A DNA stretch of 64,000 nt from contig JAXHMY010000008.1 of the NCBI GenBank assembly GCA_034520965.1, positions 160,001 to 224,000 of the forward strand, in the 5' to 3' direction. This stretch comes from Spirochaetia bacterium (GTDB lineage Bacteria > Spirochaetota > Spirochaetia > DSM-16054 > Sediminispirochaetaceae). The notes under the pieces are model-generated. The model made no database searches, was not told the DNA's origin, and saw only the letters and a list, made by a program, of their open reading frames with translations. The translations under genes were made by a program, and so were the position numbers. Of this stretch, positions 18,865 through 29,655 are shown piece after piece (position 1 is the first letter of the stretch; the number at the start of each line of letters is the position of its first letter).

Positions 18865-20580
18865 ATGAACGAATTTTTTCAGAAAACAATTACGCAGATT
18901 AAGAGCCTGTGGGGCAAATTTTCGCTTGTGCAAAAGGTTATCCTGTTTGCAGTAGTGATTGTCTCAGTACTCGGGTTAGTACTGTTGGTCAACTTTAGCG
19001 CCAGCCCGAGCATGGTGCCGCTTATTACCGCGCCGATTACCGATCAGGAGAAACTGAACCGCATCTCCGTGCGACTCGACGAGGAAGGTGTGCAGCACAG
19101 CATAACCGAGGAAGGACGGGTGTATGTGGAGGACCGGCGTACTGCCCAGCGGATGGTAACGGTGTTGATGCGGGAGGATCTTATTCCGCAGGAAGCCAGC
19201 CCATGGGATGTATTTAAGATGGACCGCTGGAGTGTCACGGACTTCGAAAGGAACGTGAACTTGCGCCAGGCTATCACCCGGAATTTGGAACAGCATATCG
19301 AATCGCTGCAGGATGTAGATTCAGCTCAAGTTACCCTGGTACTGCCGGAGGATACTCTGTTTCAAGAGGACCAGGAGCCGGTGACTGCCTCTGTTATTGT
19401 AACCCCGCGTCCGGGGAGTGATATTATTGAAAATCGGAAGAAAATTGAGGGTATAGAGAAGCTGGTGATGTTCGCTGTAGAAGGCTTGTCGGATAGAAAT
19501 GTAGTCATTTCCGACCACAACGGATTGGTGCTGAACGATTTCGAAAATATGGCTGAATTTGATCGGCTTGAACTTTCAAAACGGCAGCTTGATCAAAAGG
19601 CGCTGCTTGAAAATAAGTATAAATCTCAGATTTTCAAGGAGCTTTCGCAGATTTTCGGGGCTAAACGGGTAAGTGTGCTGAAGGTTGATATGAGCCTTAA
19701 TTTTAGAAAAGAGACGGTAGAAACCCAGGAACACTTTCCAATTACTACGGTCCCGGATAATCCGAATACTCCCTTTAGTGAGCGTGAATATGTGCTTTCA
19801 ATTCCGCGTTCCAAAGAGATCGTAAATGAAGAGTTTAAGGGTACCGGTTTTAATCCTGAGGGGCCTCCGGGACAGGAAGGACAGACTCCGCCGGCCTATA
19901 AGGACCTTGACAACCTGGTTGGGGAATACAAAAACAGCTCGGAGATTGTGAATGAAGAGGTCAATACCCGAAATATTTACCAGGAGAAAAGCCCCTGGGA
20001 GATAGATCGGATATCTGTTGGTGTGGCTATCGATGGAATATGGGAAAAGAAGTATAATGAAAACGGTACAGTCAAACTTGACGAAGAGGGCCGTATAGTC
20101 AGGGAATATATCCCGGTTGACGATGAACAGCTGGAGAAAGCCCAGACTTTATTAGAGCATGCGGTAGGTTACAATAGAGAGCGGGGAGATTCAATTACAG
20201 TACAGCATTTGCAGTTTGACCGGACCAGTCAGTTTGAGGAAGAGGACGAAAAGTTCCGCCGGCAGAAGCGGGTGCAACAGATATTGCTGTATTCAATCCT
20301 CGGAGTCGTTATTATTATTGTGGCTTTTGTAGTGTTTAGGTTGATTTCACGGGAAATTGAACGTCGACGACGCTTACGCGAAGAGGAACTTGCTAGACAG
20401 CACCAGATGGCCCGTGAGGCTGCCCTGCGCAGTGCTGAAGAGGAAGAAGAGGGCATGGAAGTCGGTATGTCGGTTGAGGAGCGTGCCCGAATGGAGATGC
20501 AGGAAAACGCCATCAATATGGCCAGGGAGCATCCTGAAGACGTTGCACAGCTTATCAGAACCTGGCTGGCGGAGGAGTAA
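18865..20580 (+). CDS. fliF: flagellar MS-ring protein FliF
   Basis: Two TM helices, VTASV, AVGYNRERGDSITV, C-terminal HPEDVAQLIRTWL; start moved to ATG 18865. Confidence 0.96.
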   Translation: MNEFFQKTITQIKSLWGKFSLVQKVILFAVVIVSVLGLVLLVNFSASPSMVPLITAPITDQEKLNRISVRLDEEGVQHSITEEGRVYVEDRRTAQRMVTVLMREDLIPQEASPWDVFKMDRWSVTDFERNVNLRQAITRNLEQHIESLQDVDSAQVTLVLPEDTLFQEDQEPVTASVIVTPRPGSDIIENRKKIEGIEKLVMFAVEGLSDRNVVISDHNGLVLNDFENMAEFDRLELSKRQLDQKALLENKYKSQIFKELSQIFGAKRVSVLKVDMSLNFRKETVETQEHFPITTVPDNPNTPFSEREYVLSIPRSKEIVNEEFKGTGFNPEGPPGQEGQTPPAYKDLDNLVGEYKNSSEIVNEEVNTRNIYQEKSPWEIDRISVGVAIDGIWEKKYNENGTVKLDEEGRIVREYIPVDDEQLEKAQTLLEHAVGYNRERGDSITVQHLQFDRTSQFEEEDEKFRRQKRVQQILLYSILGVVIIIVAFVVFRLISREIERRRRLREEELARQHQMAREAALRSAEEEEEGMEVGMSVEERARMEMQENAINMAREHPEDVAQLIRTWLAEE

Positions 20581-20583
20581 ATT

Positions 20584-21648
20584 ATGGCAAAAGCAGCTGG
20601 TCAGCAACAAGGAGCCGCCGCCGGTTCCTCTCAGAAGCGAGGCGGGAAACGGGAGCTAAACGGCCGCCAGAAAGCCGCAATTTTCCTGGTAACCCTCGGT
20701 TCGGAGATATCATCAGAAATTTTTAAACACCTGCGTGAAGACGAAATAGAGACCCTCACCTTTGAGATAGCCCGTCTTGACAATGTTGAGTCGGCAGAGC
20801 GTGATAAAGTGTTGCAGGAGTTTAAAGAGTTAATGATGGCCCAGGACTTCATAACCTCCGGGGGGATCGATTACGCCCGCGAGTTGTTGGAGAAGTCTTT
20901 AGGCAGTCAGAAGGCTGTCGACATTATCAATCGATTAACCAGTAGTCTGCAGGTGAGGCCCTTCGATTTTGTTCGTCGGACCGACCCTGCACACCTGTTG
21001 AACTTTATTCAACAGGAGCATCCCCAGACTATTGCTCTGATTCTTGCGTATTTGGAGCCCCAGAAAGCCTCCAATATCCTGGGCAGCTTGCCCCATGAGG
21101 TGCAGTCGGATGTTGCCCGGCGAATTGCCACTATGGACCGTACCAGTCCGGAAGTGCTGCGCGAGGTGGAGCGTGTGTTGGAGAAAAAGCTTTCCACCCT
21201 TTCTAATGAAGATTTTACTGCAGCAGGTGGTGTTGAAAATATCGTCGAGATTCTCAACTTGGTCGACCGGACCACGGAAAAGACCATTATTGAGTCCCTG
21301 GAGGAAGAGGATGCCGAACTGGCTGAAGAGATTAAGAAGCGTATGTTCGTATTCGAGGATATTGTTCTGCTTGATAACCAGGCAATCCAGAAGGTGCTGC
21401 GCGAGGTTGATACAAACGATCTGGCAAAAGCCCTGCGAGGGGTTGAAGCTGAAGTACAGGATAAGATCTTTCGTAATATGTCCAAACGCGCCGCTGCTCT
21501 GCTGAAAGAGGAAATGGAATATATGGGCCCGATACGGCTGAAAGACGTGGAAGAGGTGCAGCAAAAAATTGTGGCATCCATACGCAAGCTGGAAGAGCAG
21601 GGCGAAATTGTAGTTGCCCGCGGCGGCGAAGACGAGATGGTAATTTAG
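20584..21648 (+). CDS. fliG: flagellar motor switch protein FliG
   Basis: QKAAIFLVTLG, GGIDYAR, EHPQTIALIL, MFVFED, NMSKRAA. Confidence 0.97.
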   Translation: MAKAAGQQQGAAAGSSQKRGGKRELNGRQKAAIFLVTLGSEISSEIFKHLREDEIETLTFEIARLDNVESAERDKVLQEFKELMMAQDFITSGGIDYARELLEKSLGSQKAVDIINRLTSSLQVRPFDFVRRTDPAHLLNFIQQEHPQTIALILAYLEPQKASNILGSLPHEVQSDVARRIATMDRTSPEVLREVERVLEKKLSTLSNEDFTAAGGVENIVEILNLVDRTTEKTIIESLEEEDAELAEEIKKRMFVFEDIVLLDNQAIQKVLREVDTNDLAKALRGVEAEVQDKIFRNMSKRAAALLKEEMEYMGPIRLKDVEEVQQKIVASIRKLEEQGEIVVARGGEDEMVI

Positions 21649-21676
21649 TTTTGTTGATAGATAGGGGAGGTTGCCC

Positions 21677-22582
21677 ATGGCTAAAAATGTGTTTCGCGCT
21701 CAGGAAGTAACCCACACCGGAAAATGGGTAGAACTTGAAACTCCGTTTGAAGAAGAGGCTGCTGAAGTTGAAATTGAATCGGTAGAGGAGTACACAGGTC
21801 CGACTGCCGACGACCTGAAGCGTGAAGCTGAAGCCTTCAAGCGCAACTGGGATAATGAAAAACAGAAAATGCTCGATGAGGCCAAGGCCGAGGCGGAAAA
21901 AATTGTCAAAGAAGCCGAACAGCACGCCTTTGAAGAAGTTCAGAAAAAAACGGAAGATGTCCGGCGCGAAAAACAGGATGCCGAGGAAGAAGCCGAGAGG
22001 GTAAAGCAGGAGGCCCAGCAAGAGGCCTCTCAGATGCGCAAGGAGGCGGAAAGTGAAGTCGAGACGATCCGTCGGGATGCCTACAAGGAGGGGTACCAGG
22101 CTGGTCACGAAGAGGGGTTTGCTTCGGGTAAACCGGAGGTTGAACGCCTGGTCGAGCAGCTGCACCATATCATAGATAAGACTTTGGATAAGCGCTCTGA
22201 GATTATTGAAGAGTCCGAAACTCAGTTAGTGAACCTAGTGCTGATGATCACTAAAAAGGTAGTGAAAGTTATTTCTGAAAATCAGAAAAATGTAGTTATC
22301 AACAATGTAATTCAGGCTCTCCGTAAGCTAAAGAGTCGGGGAGAGGTTCTCATTAAGGTGAATCTTGAAGATGTGGAGCTTACTACGGAGCATGTGAAGG
22401 ACTTTATGCGGATGGTCGATAATGTACAATCAGTAACTGTAGTGGAGGATTCAACTGTAGATAAGGGCGGCTGTATTATAGAAACAGATTTTGGAGAAAT
22501 CGATGCCCGGATTTCCTCGCAACTGCAGGAGATTGAAGAGAAAATTATAGAGCTTGCGCCGATACGATCCAAGGGAGAATAG
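21677..22582 (+). CDS. fliH: flagellar assembly protein FliH
   Basis: AYKEGYQAGHEEG repeats, GGCIIETDFGEIDARI. Confidence 0.95.
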   Translation: MAKNVFRAQEVTHTGKWVELETPFEEEAAEVEIESVEEYTGPTADDLKREAEAFKRNWDNEKQKMLDEAKAEAEKIVKEAEQHAFEEVQKKTEDVRREKQDAEEEAERVKQEAQQEASQMRKEAESEVETIRRDAYKEGYQAGHEEGFASGKPEVERLVEQLHHIIDKTLDKRSEIIEESETQLVNLVLMITKKVVKVISENQKNVVINNVIQALRKLKSRGEVLIKVNLEDVELTTEHVKDFMRMVDNVQSVTVVEDSTVDKGGCIIETDFGEIDARISSQLQEIEEKIIELAPIRSKGE

Positions 22583-22620
22583 CAGACTGAGCAGCGGAGA
22601 GCATACCTTGGGAGGGGAAT

Positions 22621-23967
22621 ATGTTTGAAAAGTACAGTGACATGGTTGAGCGGATGGACCCTATTAAATACACCGGAACGGTAAAGCAAGTAAAGGGTTT
22701 GCTGATCGAAAGCCACGGTCCACAGGTAGTAGTTGGAGAGAGCTGCCAAATTGTTATCTCAGGTAAGGATAGAACCGTTGGTGCCGAAGTAATAGGCTTC
22801 AACGGAACGAGTGTCCAGATGATGGCCTTTGACCAGATGGAGGGTATCGAACCCGGCTGCCAGGTAATTGCCATGGGTGAACCCCTTACCGTCCCGGTTT
22901 CCGACCAATTAAAGGGGCGTGTGCTCAATGCAATGGGCAAACCGATTGACGGGAAAGGTTCAATTGGATCTGCCGTTGGGGCTTCCACCAATAACACCCC
23001 TCCGAACGTGTTGTTCCGAAAAACCATTGATGACAGAATGATCACTGGAGTTCGTTCAATTGATGCGATGACCCCGGTCGGAAAAGGCCAGCGTATTGGT
23101 ATTTTTTCCGGTAGTGGGGTTGGGAAATCTACGCTTCTGGGGATGACCGCCCGCAATACAGCTGCAGATGTAAATGTAATTGCCTTGATCGGTGAACGTG
23201 GCCGGGAGGTACGGGAGTTTATCGAACAGGACCTTGGTGAGGAGGGGCTCAAGCGGTCGGTATTGGTGGTTTCCACTAGCGATACCAGCCCCTTAGCCCG
23301 TGTGCGCGGTGCATTTGTCGCAACTGCCATAGCGGAGTACTTTCGTGACCAGGGGCAGGATGTAATGTTGCTGTTTGATTCGATAACCCGGTTTGCCAGG
23401 GCTCAGCGTGAAATAGGCCTGACATTAGGCGAACCACCGGCAACCCGCGGATATACCCCCTCCGTGTTCTCGATACTGCCGAAGCTGCTGGAACGGTGTG
23501 GAAATTCTGAGAAAGGGACCATTACCGGGTTTTATACGATTTTAGTGGAAGGGGATGATATGGATGAGCCGGTTTCCGATACGGTACGAGGTATCCTAGA
23601 TGGGCATATCGTATTAAGTCGGAAGCTGGCCCAGGCGTATCATTATCCGGCCATTGACATACTCGCCTCTCTCTCTCGTTTGGGCAGAAAAGTTACCGGA
23701 CGTGAGGAGCAGGATGCGGCTGGAAGAGTACGGCGGCTGCTGGCTACCTATACCGACTCTGAAGACCTTATAAACGTCGGTGCTTATGCCGAAGGTAGTA
23801 ATAGTGAAATAGACGAGGCAATCAAAAAAATTGACGATATATGGGATTTCCTTGGTCAGGATATTGAAGAGAAAGCCCATTTACGAGATACGGTTCAGCG
23901 ATTAGCACAGATTTCAGGCGTTGAAGTGCCGCTGCCGGAGGAAGAAGATGCGGAAGTTTCAGTTTAA
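22621..23967 (+). CDS. fliI: flagellar export ATPase FliI
   Basis: GSGVGKSTLLGM, IGERGREV, DSITRFA, GEPP, LDGHIVLSR. Confidence 0.97.
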   Translation: MFEKYSDMVERMDPIKYTGTVKQVKGLLIESHGPQVVVGESCQIVISGKDRTVGAEVIGFNGTSVQMMAFDQMEGIEPGCQVIAMGEPLTVPVSDQLKGRVLNAMGKPIDGKGSIGSAVGASTNNTPPNVLFRKTIDDRMITGVRSIDAMTPVGKGQRIGIFSGSGVGKSTLLGMTARNTAADVNVIALIGERGREVREFIEQDLGEEGLKRSVLVVSTSDTSPLARVRGAFVATAIAEYFRDQGQDVMLLFDSITRFARAQREIGLTLGEPPATRGYTPSVFSILPKLLERCGNSEKGTITGFYTILVEGDDMDEPVSDTVRGILDGHIVLSRKLAQAYHYPAIDILASLSRLGRKVTGREEQDAAGRVRRLLATYTDSEDLINVGAYAEGSNSEIDEAIKKIDDIWDFLGQDIEEKAHLRDTVQRLAQISGVEVPLPEEEDAEVSV

Positions 23968-24394
23968 TCTAGAAAAAATTCTTGAATTGCGAAAATATGA
24001 TGAACAGCAGTGGGAGATAAAGCTGGGGCAGGCTATCGGTCGCTGCACTGCTTTAAAGAAGAAAATTGAAGAACGGCGGTCGAGCCGAAAACGAACTTTT
24101 AATCAGCGGCACCTTGATACCGGTGATATGAGAATGTTCATGTATGTAGAAAACTACACACATCGTATGGATCAGGAGATTACGGAACTACGGGCGGAGC
24201 TTGAGCAGGCCGAAAAAGAGCGAAAGGATGTTCAGGAGAAATTTCTGGAAGTTTCAAAAAAACGCAAAATTTTAGATAAGCTGAAAGAGAGAAAGCAGCA
24301 GATGTATTATAAGAAGCAGGAAAAGCAGGAGCAGAAAGTACTCGATGATATCAGTTCCGCTCAGTATGCACGTAAGCTGGAGGATGTCGGATGA
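23948..24394 (+). CDS. fliJ: flagellar export protein FliJ
   Basis: MRKFQFNLEKILELR N-terminus, coiled coil, EQKVLDD; follows fliI. Confidence 0.92.
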   Translation: MRKFQFNLEKILELRKYDEQQWEIKLGQAIGRCTALKKKIEERRSSRKRTFNQRHLDTGDMRMFMYVENYTHRMDQEITELRAELEQAEKERKDVQEKFLEVSKKRKILDKLKERKQQMYYKKQEKQEQKVLDDISSAQYARKLEDVG

Positions 24395-24425
24395 AAATAG
24401 GATTACCGCACCCTAGGAGGCAATT

Positions 24426-25043
24426 GTGGCTGGAGGAATGAAGTTGTTTTCGCGTATCCTGATGTTGTTGTTACTTATAATTGTACTTCTGGTTGGAGGA
24501 CTGCTCTGGTTTGATTATTTAGGATTGATGAACGTGAAGCAGATCTTCGCTCCGGCGACCCAATTGGTCGGAATTTCAGCGCCCGAGAAACTTGAAAACG
24601 ATGAGGATGCCCTTTTACTGGAGCGGGAGCGTCTTCTGAAGCGAGAAGAGGCGGTTAAGCTTCAGCAGGAGGCCCTTGAATCACGGTCCGAAGAAATTGT
24701 CGAAATGGAGGCTGAGGTCCAGCAAAAGTTGGAATTGTTGGAAGAAAAAGAGAAAGCCCTAGCTGAACAGGAAAAATCATTTAACGAAAGACTAAAACAG
24801 TACGAAAATAGAAGAGCGAACCTTAGGCAGTCAGCTGAGTATTTTGCCGGCATGCCGCCGCAGCAAGCGGTGGATAGACTGCTTGAGATGGAAGATCAGG
24901 ATATAATTGATATCCTGCGAACTTCTGAAAGGTTAGCCCAGGAACGCGGTGAGGGGTCATTAGTCGCATATTGGCTTTCCCTCATGCCGTCGGAGCGGGC
25001 TGCCCAACTCAGCAGAAAAATGCTGAAAAAACCTGAAGGATAG
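24426..25043 (+). CDS. flbB: periplasmic-flagellum collar protein FlbB
   Basis: TM helix with WFDYLG, long coiled coil, GMPPQQAV...YWLSLM C-terminal domain; between fliJ and fliK as in spirochaetes. Confidence 0.85.
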   Translation: MAGGMKLFSRILMLLLLIIVLLVGGLLWFDYLGLMNVKQIFAPATQLVGISAPEKLENDEDALLLERERLLKREEAVKLQQEALESRSEEIVEMEAEVQQKLELLEEKEKALAEQEKSFNERLKQYENRRANLRQSAEYFAGMPPQQAVDRLLEMEDQDIIDILRTSERLAQERGEGSLVAYWLSLMPSERAAQLSRKMLKKPEG

Positions 25044-26789
25044 GTGAAAGCAGTGATAAATGCTTTAATGGCCGACATTCAAGCTCCCGGTTCTCCAGGC
25101 GGTTCACACCCGTCTTTGGATTACCGGCAGACGGAGTTCTCGTCCTCCTCGGCACGCTCTTCTTTTGCTTCTTATTTGGAGCAAATTTCACAGGAAACCT
25201 CTTTTTCTACAACGCAAGGTAGGGAGGAACGCACAGGAGGCAGTACTAACCTGTCACGGCAGGACGAATTTGCCATGCGCGAAGCTCAGCAGCAGCGGGA
25301 AGCGGCCTTGCAGAGATCTGCAGAGCAGAATGCGGCGGAGGAACACCGTAAACTTCAAGCTGATGCGCAGGCTGCTTCGGAAAGCAGGCGCGACTCCTTA
25401 GTGAAAGGTGACCAATCGAGGACCGAAAGACGAGACAACTCAGACCCCGCCGGGTCCTCTGCTGAACAGAAGAGCGGGTCTGTTGAGGATGGTTCCCGGA
25501 TAGACACACAAAATGAAAACGCAAAAAATGAGAAGCCCCTAGTAAATACGGACAAAATTGAAGATGGAAAATCTAACCCAAAGAGGAGCACCCCTGATAC
25601 CGGTGAAAAGGCCGCTTCCGAATCTCAATCATCGGAAGAGCACACAAAAAAAACAGTGCAGGTTGATACGACAAAGTTAGACGAAGGGGCCCAGGAATCG
25701 GCCACACAGGCGTCGGCGAAAAAAAGAATAAGCGCTGAAGATGCACGGGAGACCGCACTCAAGCAGACTTCCGAGGAGGGCCACTCCCAAAAAAATGATC
25801 AAAATCAGGCTGCACGTAAAGCCTCCCGTAAAGCTGCGCTTAAAGAGGTTCAGTTGAGTACGGAAGCAGCAGCCCACGCCAAAAACTCCTCCGGAGAGAA
25901 TGAGGTGCAGTCGGCGACAGCCGCTGCTGAGGGCAGCAGGGGCGGTGTAGTCGGCGAAAAAGGTACAAGTGCTGCAGATACCGAGGATTCCGCAAAAAAA
26001 CTCTCTTCACAACAGCGGGCTTCACAGCCACGGGGTGATGAAAAACGCGAAGACCGCGGGACGAATGACTCGAACAGCCGCCGTACCGGAGAGAGTGCGG
26101 GAAGACCGAAACTGACGGTAATTGATAAGCGCGGGGCATCTGCCCGCAATAATAGCGGCAATCAAAACGGCTCCGAGAGCCGGCAGCAGAACTCCGAGTT
26201 CAAACTGTTCAGTTTGGGAAACGAAAGCGGCAGCAGCACCGGCAAGGGAATCAGCAATGAAAACGGCGACTCCATGCAGGTGATGCAGGTTAATCTGCGG
26301 GAAGATGCGGGACAGTCCTTTTCAGCAGCGTCTGTAAAGAGTTCCGGCAACGGTATCCGCAACGAGTTGATGCAACAGCTTCAGGATCACCTTAACAAGG
26401 ATATTGTCAAACGCAGTTCCATTTTAATTCGGGAGAACGGCTCTGGAGAAATCGAGCTTGATCTGAAACCGGATAATCTTGGACAGGTAAGAATCCGGAT
26501 CACAATGGAGAATAATAATATAGCTGGGAAGATTTTTGTCGAGAATAGTAATGTAAAGGAAGCGTTCGATCAGAATATGCAGCAGTTATATCGAGCTTTC
26601 AAAGAGCATGGCTTTGAAAATGCAGCTTTGAATGTCTCGGTTGGAGATCAGGGCAGTGAGCAGCGTGAGCGCGGCCGGTCCCATGGACCGCAGTTGTCTC
26701 CCGCCTCTCAGGTACGGGCCCTTGATGAGCAAGGGTTACCGGCAAATGACAGCAGCGGTGAACTGCGGCTGATCGACGTGATGGCGTAA
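25044..26789 (+). CDS. fliK: flagellar hook-length control protein FliK
   Basis: Long low-complexity N-terminus; C-terminal T3S4 domain ELDLKPDNLGQVRI; precedes flgD. Confidence 0.9.
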   Translation: MKAVINALMADIQAPGSPGGSHPSLDYRQTEFSSSSARSSFASYLEQISQETSFSTTQGREERTGGSTNLSRQDEFAMREAQQQREAALQRSAEQNAAEEHRKLQADAQAASESRRDSLVKGDQSRTERRDNSDPAGSSAEQKSGSVEDGSRIDTQNENAKNEKPLVNTDKIEDGKSNPKRSTPDTGEKAASESQSSEEHTKKTVQVDTTKLDEGAQESATQASAKKRISAEDARETALKQTSEEGHSQKNDQNQAARKASRKAALKEVQLSTEAAAHAKNSSGENEVQSATAAAEGSRGGVVGEKGTSAADTEDSAKKLSSQQRASQPRGDEKREDRGTNDSNSRRTGESAGRPKLTVIDKRGASARNNSGNQNGSESRQQNSEFKLFSLGNESGSSTGKGISNENGDSMQVMQVNLREDAGQSFSAASVKSSGNGIRNELMQQLQDHLNKDIVKRSSILIRENGSGEIELDLKPDNLGQVRIRITMENNNIAGKIFVENSNVKEAFDQNMQQLYRAFKEHGFENAALNVSVGDQGSEQRERGRSHGPQLSPASQVRALDEQGLPANDSSGELRLIDVMA

Positions 26790-26803
26790 ATAAGGAGCTT
26801 TAG

Positions 26804-27253
26804 ATGGATTTTACATCAATGTTATCCGGTGCGGAAAGCAGTAAGGTAGCGATGCAGGTAGATGCATCCAACAAGAGCCTAAAACAGGGAGACGGACTGA
26901 GTCAGGAGCTGGGAAAAGACGATTTTCTACAGCTGTTGATTACCCAGCTGCAGCATCAGGATCCTACAAAACCAATGGATGATAAGCAGTTTATCTCGCA
27001 GATGGCTCAATTCTCATCCCTTGAACAGATGACTAATCTGGGACAGGAGTTTTCTAAGATAAGTGGAATTGTGAATCGTGGAAATGCGTTAAACCTACTC
27101 GACAAGCATGTTGAAATTCTGGACGGCAATCAGCGAGTGTATGGAACAGTTGAGGCGGTGTCCGGGACGGAGAACCCGCAGGTAAAAGTAAATGGCCGTT
27201 ATTACGATTATTCGGTAGTTGAAACAGTGAATACCAAGGAGGCAGCAGAATGA
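26804..27253 (+). CDS. flgD: flagellar hook capping protein FlgD
   Basis: [33 protein letters not shown]. Confidence 0.96.
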   Translation: MDFTSMLSGAESSKVAMQVDASNKSLKQGDGLSQELGKDDFLQLLITQLQHQDPTKPMDDKQFISQMAQFSSLEQMTNLGQEFSKISGIVNRGNALNLLDKHVEILDGNQRVYGTVEAVSGTENPQVKVNGRYYDYSVVETVNTKEAAE

Positions 27254-28635
27254 TGCGTTCTCTCTATGCCGGTGTATCCGGTCTGCAAAATCACCAAACA
27301 CGTATGGATGTGATTGGTAATAACATATCAAATGTAAACACCACCGGTTTTAAGAAAGGCCGGGTAGAGTTTCAGGATATGCTGTCTCAAACTATGTCGG
27401 GGGCAGCCCGTCCCACCGACGAGGTCGGAGGTGTGAACCCCAAACAGGTGGGGCTGGGAATGAATATTGCGTCTATCGATACCATTCATACTCAGGGCTC
27501 AATGAAGACTACCGGTGTTATGAGCGACGTAGCCGTACAGGGGGATGGATTCTTCGTGATGCGGGCCGGCAATAAGCAATTCCATACCCGTGCCGGTTCT
27601 TTTGGTTTGGATGAAAACGGCACCCTGGTGAATCCGGCCAACGGTATGCGGGTCCAGGGATGGAACGCCGAAACTATTGACGGGGAAAACTATATAAACA
27701 CCGCTGCGGATGTGGAAGACCTAATAATCCCGGTAGGAAGTAAAGATCCCGCCGGCGCCACCACTGAGGTCGAACTGGCTTCCAATCTGGACAAGCGTAC
27801 CCCGCTGATCCCGGCCGGCGCGACCGCCGGTGAAACCCGCGAAGGTACCTGGAGTATTGATAAGACCATTTATGATAATTTTGGAAATACTCATACCCTA
27901 CGGGTCAACTATACCCGCGTACCTGGAACCCAGAACCAGTGGCAGGGAGAAGTTATTATAGACCCCGATTCAGAGACTCCCACCAATACCTTGACGGATG
28001 TTGGAGCAGAGAATAACGATACTAATACCTTCATCGTTGAATTCGACAACCTGGGCACTATTCAATCAGTAACCGACGCACAGGGGGATGTAGTTGAAGA
28101 GGGAGAGCTACAGGTGAACGTAGGCTTTGATGTACTGGAGGCAGCTCCGGAAGAGGGTGAACAGGTACGTCAGAACTTTCAGCTGACTCTAGGCGAGATC
28201 GGCAGCGTGGTCGACAGCATGACACAGTTTGCCGAGAAAAGTTCTACCAAGGCCTTTCGTCAAAACGGGTATCCGATGGGGTATCTGGAAAACTACAAAA
28301 TCGATCAGTCCGGAATTATCACGGGTGTATACTCCAACGGCACCAACCGGATGCTAGGACAAATCGCACTTTCAAGTTTTACCAACCCCGGCGGCCTTGA
28401 AAAAGCAGGTGAAAACACCTACGTTGTATCGAACAACTCCGGCGAAGCGCGTATAGGTGAATCGGGAGTTGCCGGCAAGGGAAAAGTAATCGCCGGGGCT
28501 CTGGAAATGAGTAATGTAGATTTGGCTGAACAGTTTACCGATATGATTGTGACTCAAAGAGGTTTTCAAGCCAATTCGAAGAGCATCACCACCTCGGATC
28601 AGATGCTCCAAGAACTACTTACATTGAAAAGGTAG
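27250..28635 (+). CDS. flgE: flagellar hook protein FlgE
   Basis: [51 protein letters not shown]. Confidence 0.98.
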   Translation: MMRSLYAGVSGLQNHQTRMDVIGNNISNVNTTGFKKGRVEFQDMLSQTMSGAARPTDEVGGVNPKQVGLGMNIASIDTIHTQGSMKTTGVMSDVAVQGDGFFVMRAGNKQFHTRAGSFGLDENGTLVNPANGMRVQGWNAETIDGENYINTAADVEDLIIPVGSKDPAGATTEVELASNLDKRTPLIPAGATAGETREGTWSIDKTIYDNFGNTHTLRVNYTRVPGTQNQWQGEVIIDPDSETPTNTLTDVGAENNDTNTFIVEFDNLGTIQSVTDAQGDVVEEGELQVNVGFDVLEAAPEEGEQVRQNFQLTLGEIGSVVDSMTQFAEKSSTKAFRQNGYPMGYLENYKIDQSGIITGVYSNGTNRMLGQIALSSFTNPGGLEKAGENTYVVSNNSGEARIGESGVAGKGKVIAGALEMSNVDLAEQFTDMIVTQRGFQANSKSITTSDQMLQELLTLKR

Positions 28636-28671
28636 TTAATATAAAATGAGGGAGAGCAGGATAGTAGTTAA

Positions 28672-28869
28672 ATGATTAAGGTTACCCAGTTAAACGGGCG
28701 GGTGTATTATGTAAATCCGCACCAGATTGAGCATATTGAATTAAACCCCGATACTACACTTGTGATGCTCTCCGGTAAGCGACTGGTAGTGAAGGAGGAC
28801 TATCAGTCGATTTTTGATAGTATAATCGAATACAGACGGCTGATAGGCGCCTTCAAAAACGAGGAGTAA
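28672..28869 (+). CDS. flbD: flagellar FlbD (SwrD) family protein
   Basis: MIKVTQLNG..YVNPHQIEHIELNPDT; between flgE and motA. Confidence 0.92.
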   Translation: MIKVTQLNGRVYYVNPHQIEHIELNPDTTLVMLSGKRLVVKEDYQSIFDSIIEYRRLIGAFKNEE

Positions 28870-28872
28870 AGA

Positions 28873-29655
28873 ATGGATATTTCCACCTTAGCAGGACTTG
28901 GACTCGGATTTACGATGATCCTGATGTCGATGGTACTCGGCGGAAGTGGTTTAGGCGTATATATCAATGTCCCTTCTGTACTAATGGTAATCGGCGGCTC
29001 TTTTGGCGCGCTCATGGTAGGCAATCCGCTTGCGCGGGTGTTGGGCATTGTACGTTATTTTAATATTGTACTGCGGGTTCCTAACTATGAGCTGGAACGT
29101 ACAATTACTACTTTGGTAAATTTCTCTGAGCGAGCTCGTCGTGAAGGACTGCTGGCACTTGAGGATGATGTTGAAGAGGTTCAGGACGATTTTCTGAAGA
29201 ACGGTATCCAACTGGTTGTTGATGGTACCGATCCGGAAATTATAAAAACAGTTTTGTTTAATGATCTCGATCAGTTGACAGCCAGACATGATACCGGGAT
29301 AAAGATCTTTGACGATTGGGGGAAACTAGCCCCGGCCTTTGGAATGATAGGAACTTTGGCGGGGCTGATTGCAATGTTGGCCAACCTGGACGATCCCGAT
29401 GCAATTGGTTCAGGTATGGCTCTGGCCTTGATAACCACTATGTACGGTTCAATTTTTGCGAATCTGGTGCTTATACCGATTAAGGGTAAGTTGGAAGATC
29501 GACATAAGGAGGAGCAGCTGCTGCGGGAGATAATGATCGAGGGAATACTCTCGATACAAGCGGGGGATAACCCGAATATTCTCAAATACAAGCTGGTATC
29601 CTTCCTCGATCCAAACCGCAGGCGCGAGATGCTCGAAGTGTTAATGGGAGAATAA
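28873..29655 (+). CDS. motA: flagellar stator protein MotA
   Basis: ARREGLLALE, APAFGMIGTLAGLI, ALITTMYG. Confidence 0.96.
   Translation: MDISTLAGLGLGFTMILMSMVLGGSGLGVYINVPSVLMVIGGSFGALMVGNPLARVLGIVRYFNIVLRVPNYELERTITTLVNFSERARREGLLALEDDVEEVQDDFLKNGIQLVVDGTDPEIIKTVLFNDLDQLTARHDTGIKIFDDWGKLAPAFGMIGTLAGLIAMLANLDDPDAIGSGMALALITTMYGSIFANLVLIPIKGKLEDRHKEEQLLREIMIEGILSIQAGDNPNILKYKLVSFLDPNRRREMLEVLMGE

Noticed and set aside
20935..23330. Long antisense ORFs (247, 192, 278 and 261 aa) over fliG, fliH and fliI
   Set aside because: Shadow frames of conserved genes with biased codon use; no RBS or recognisable motifs.
25100..26300. Low-complexity or repeat-like region in fliK
   Set aside because: Expected disordered ruler region of FliK; no true tandem DNA repeat seen.
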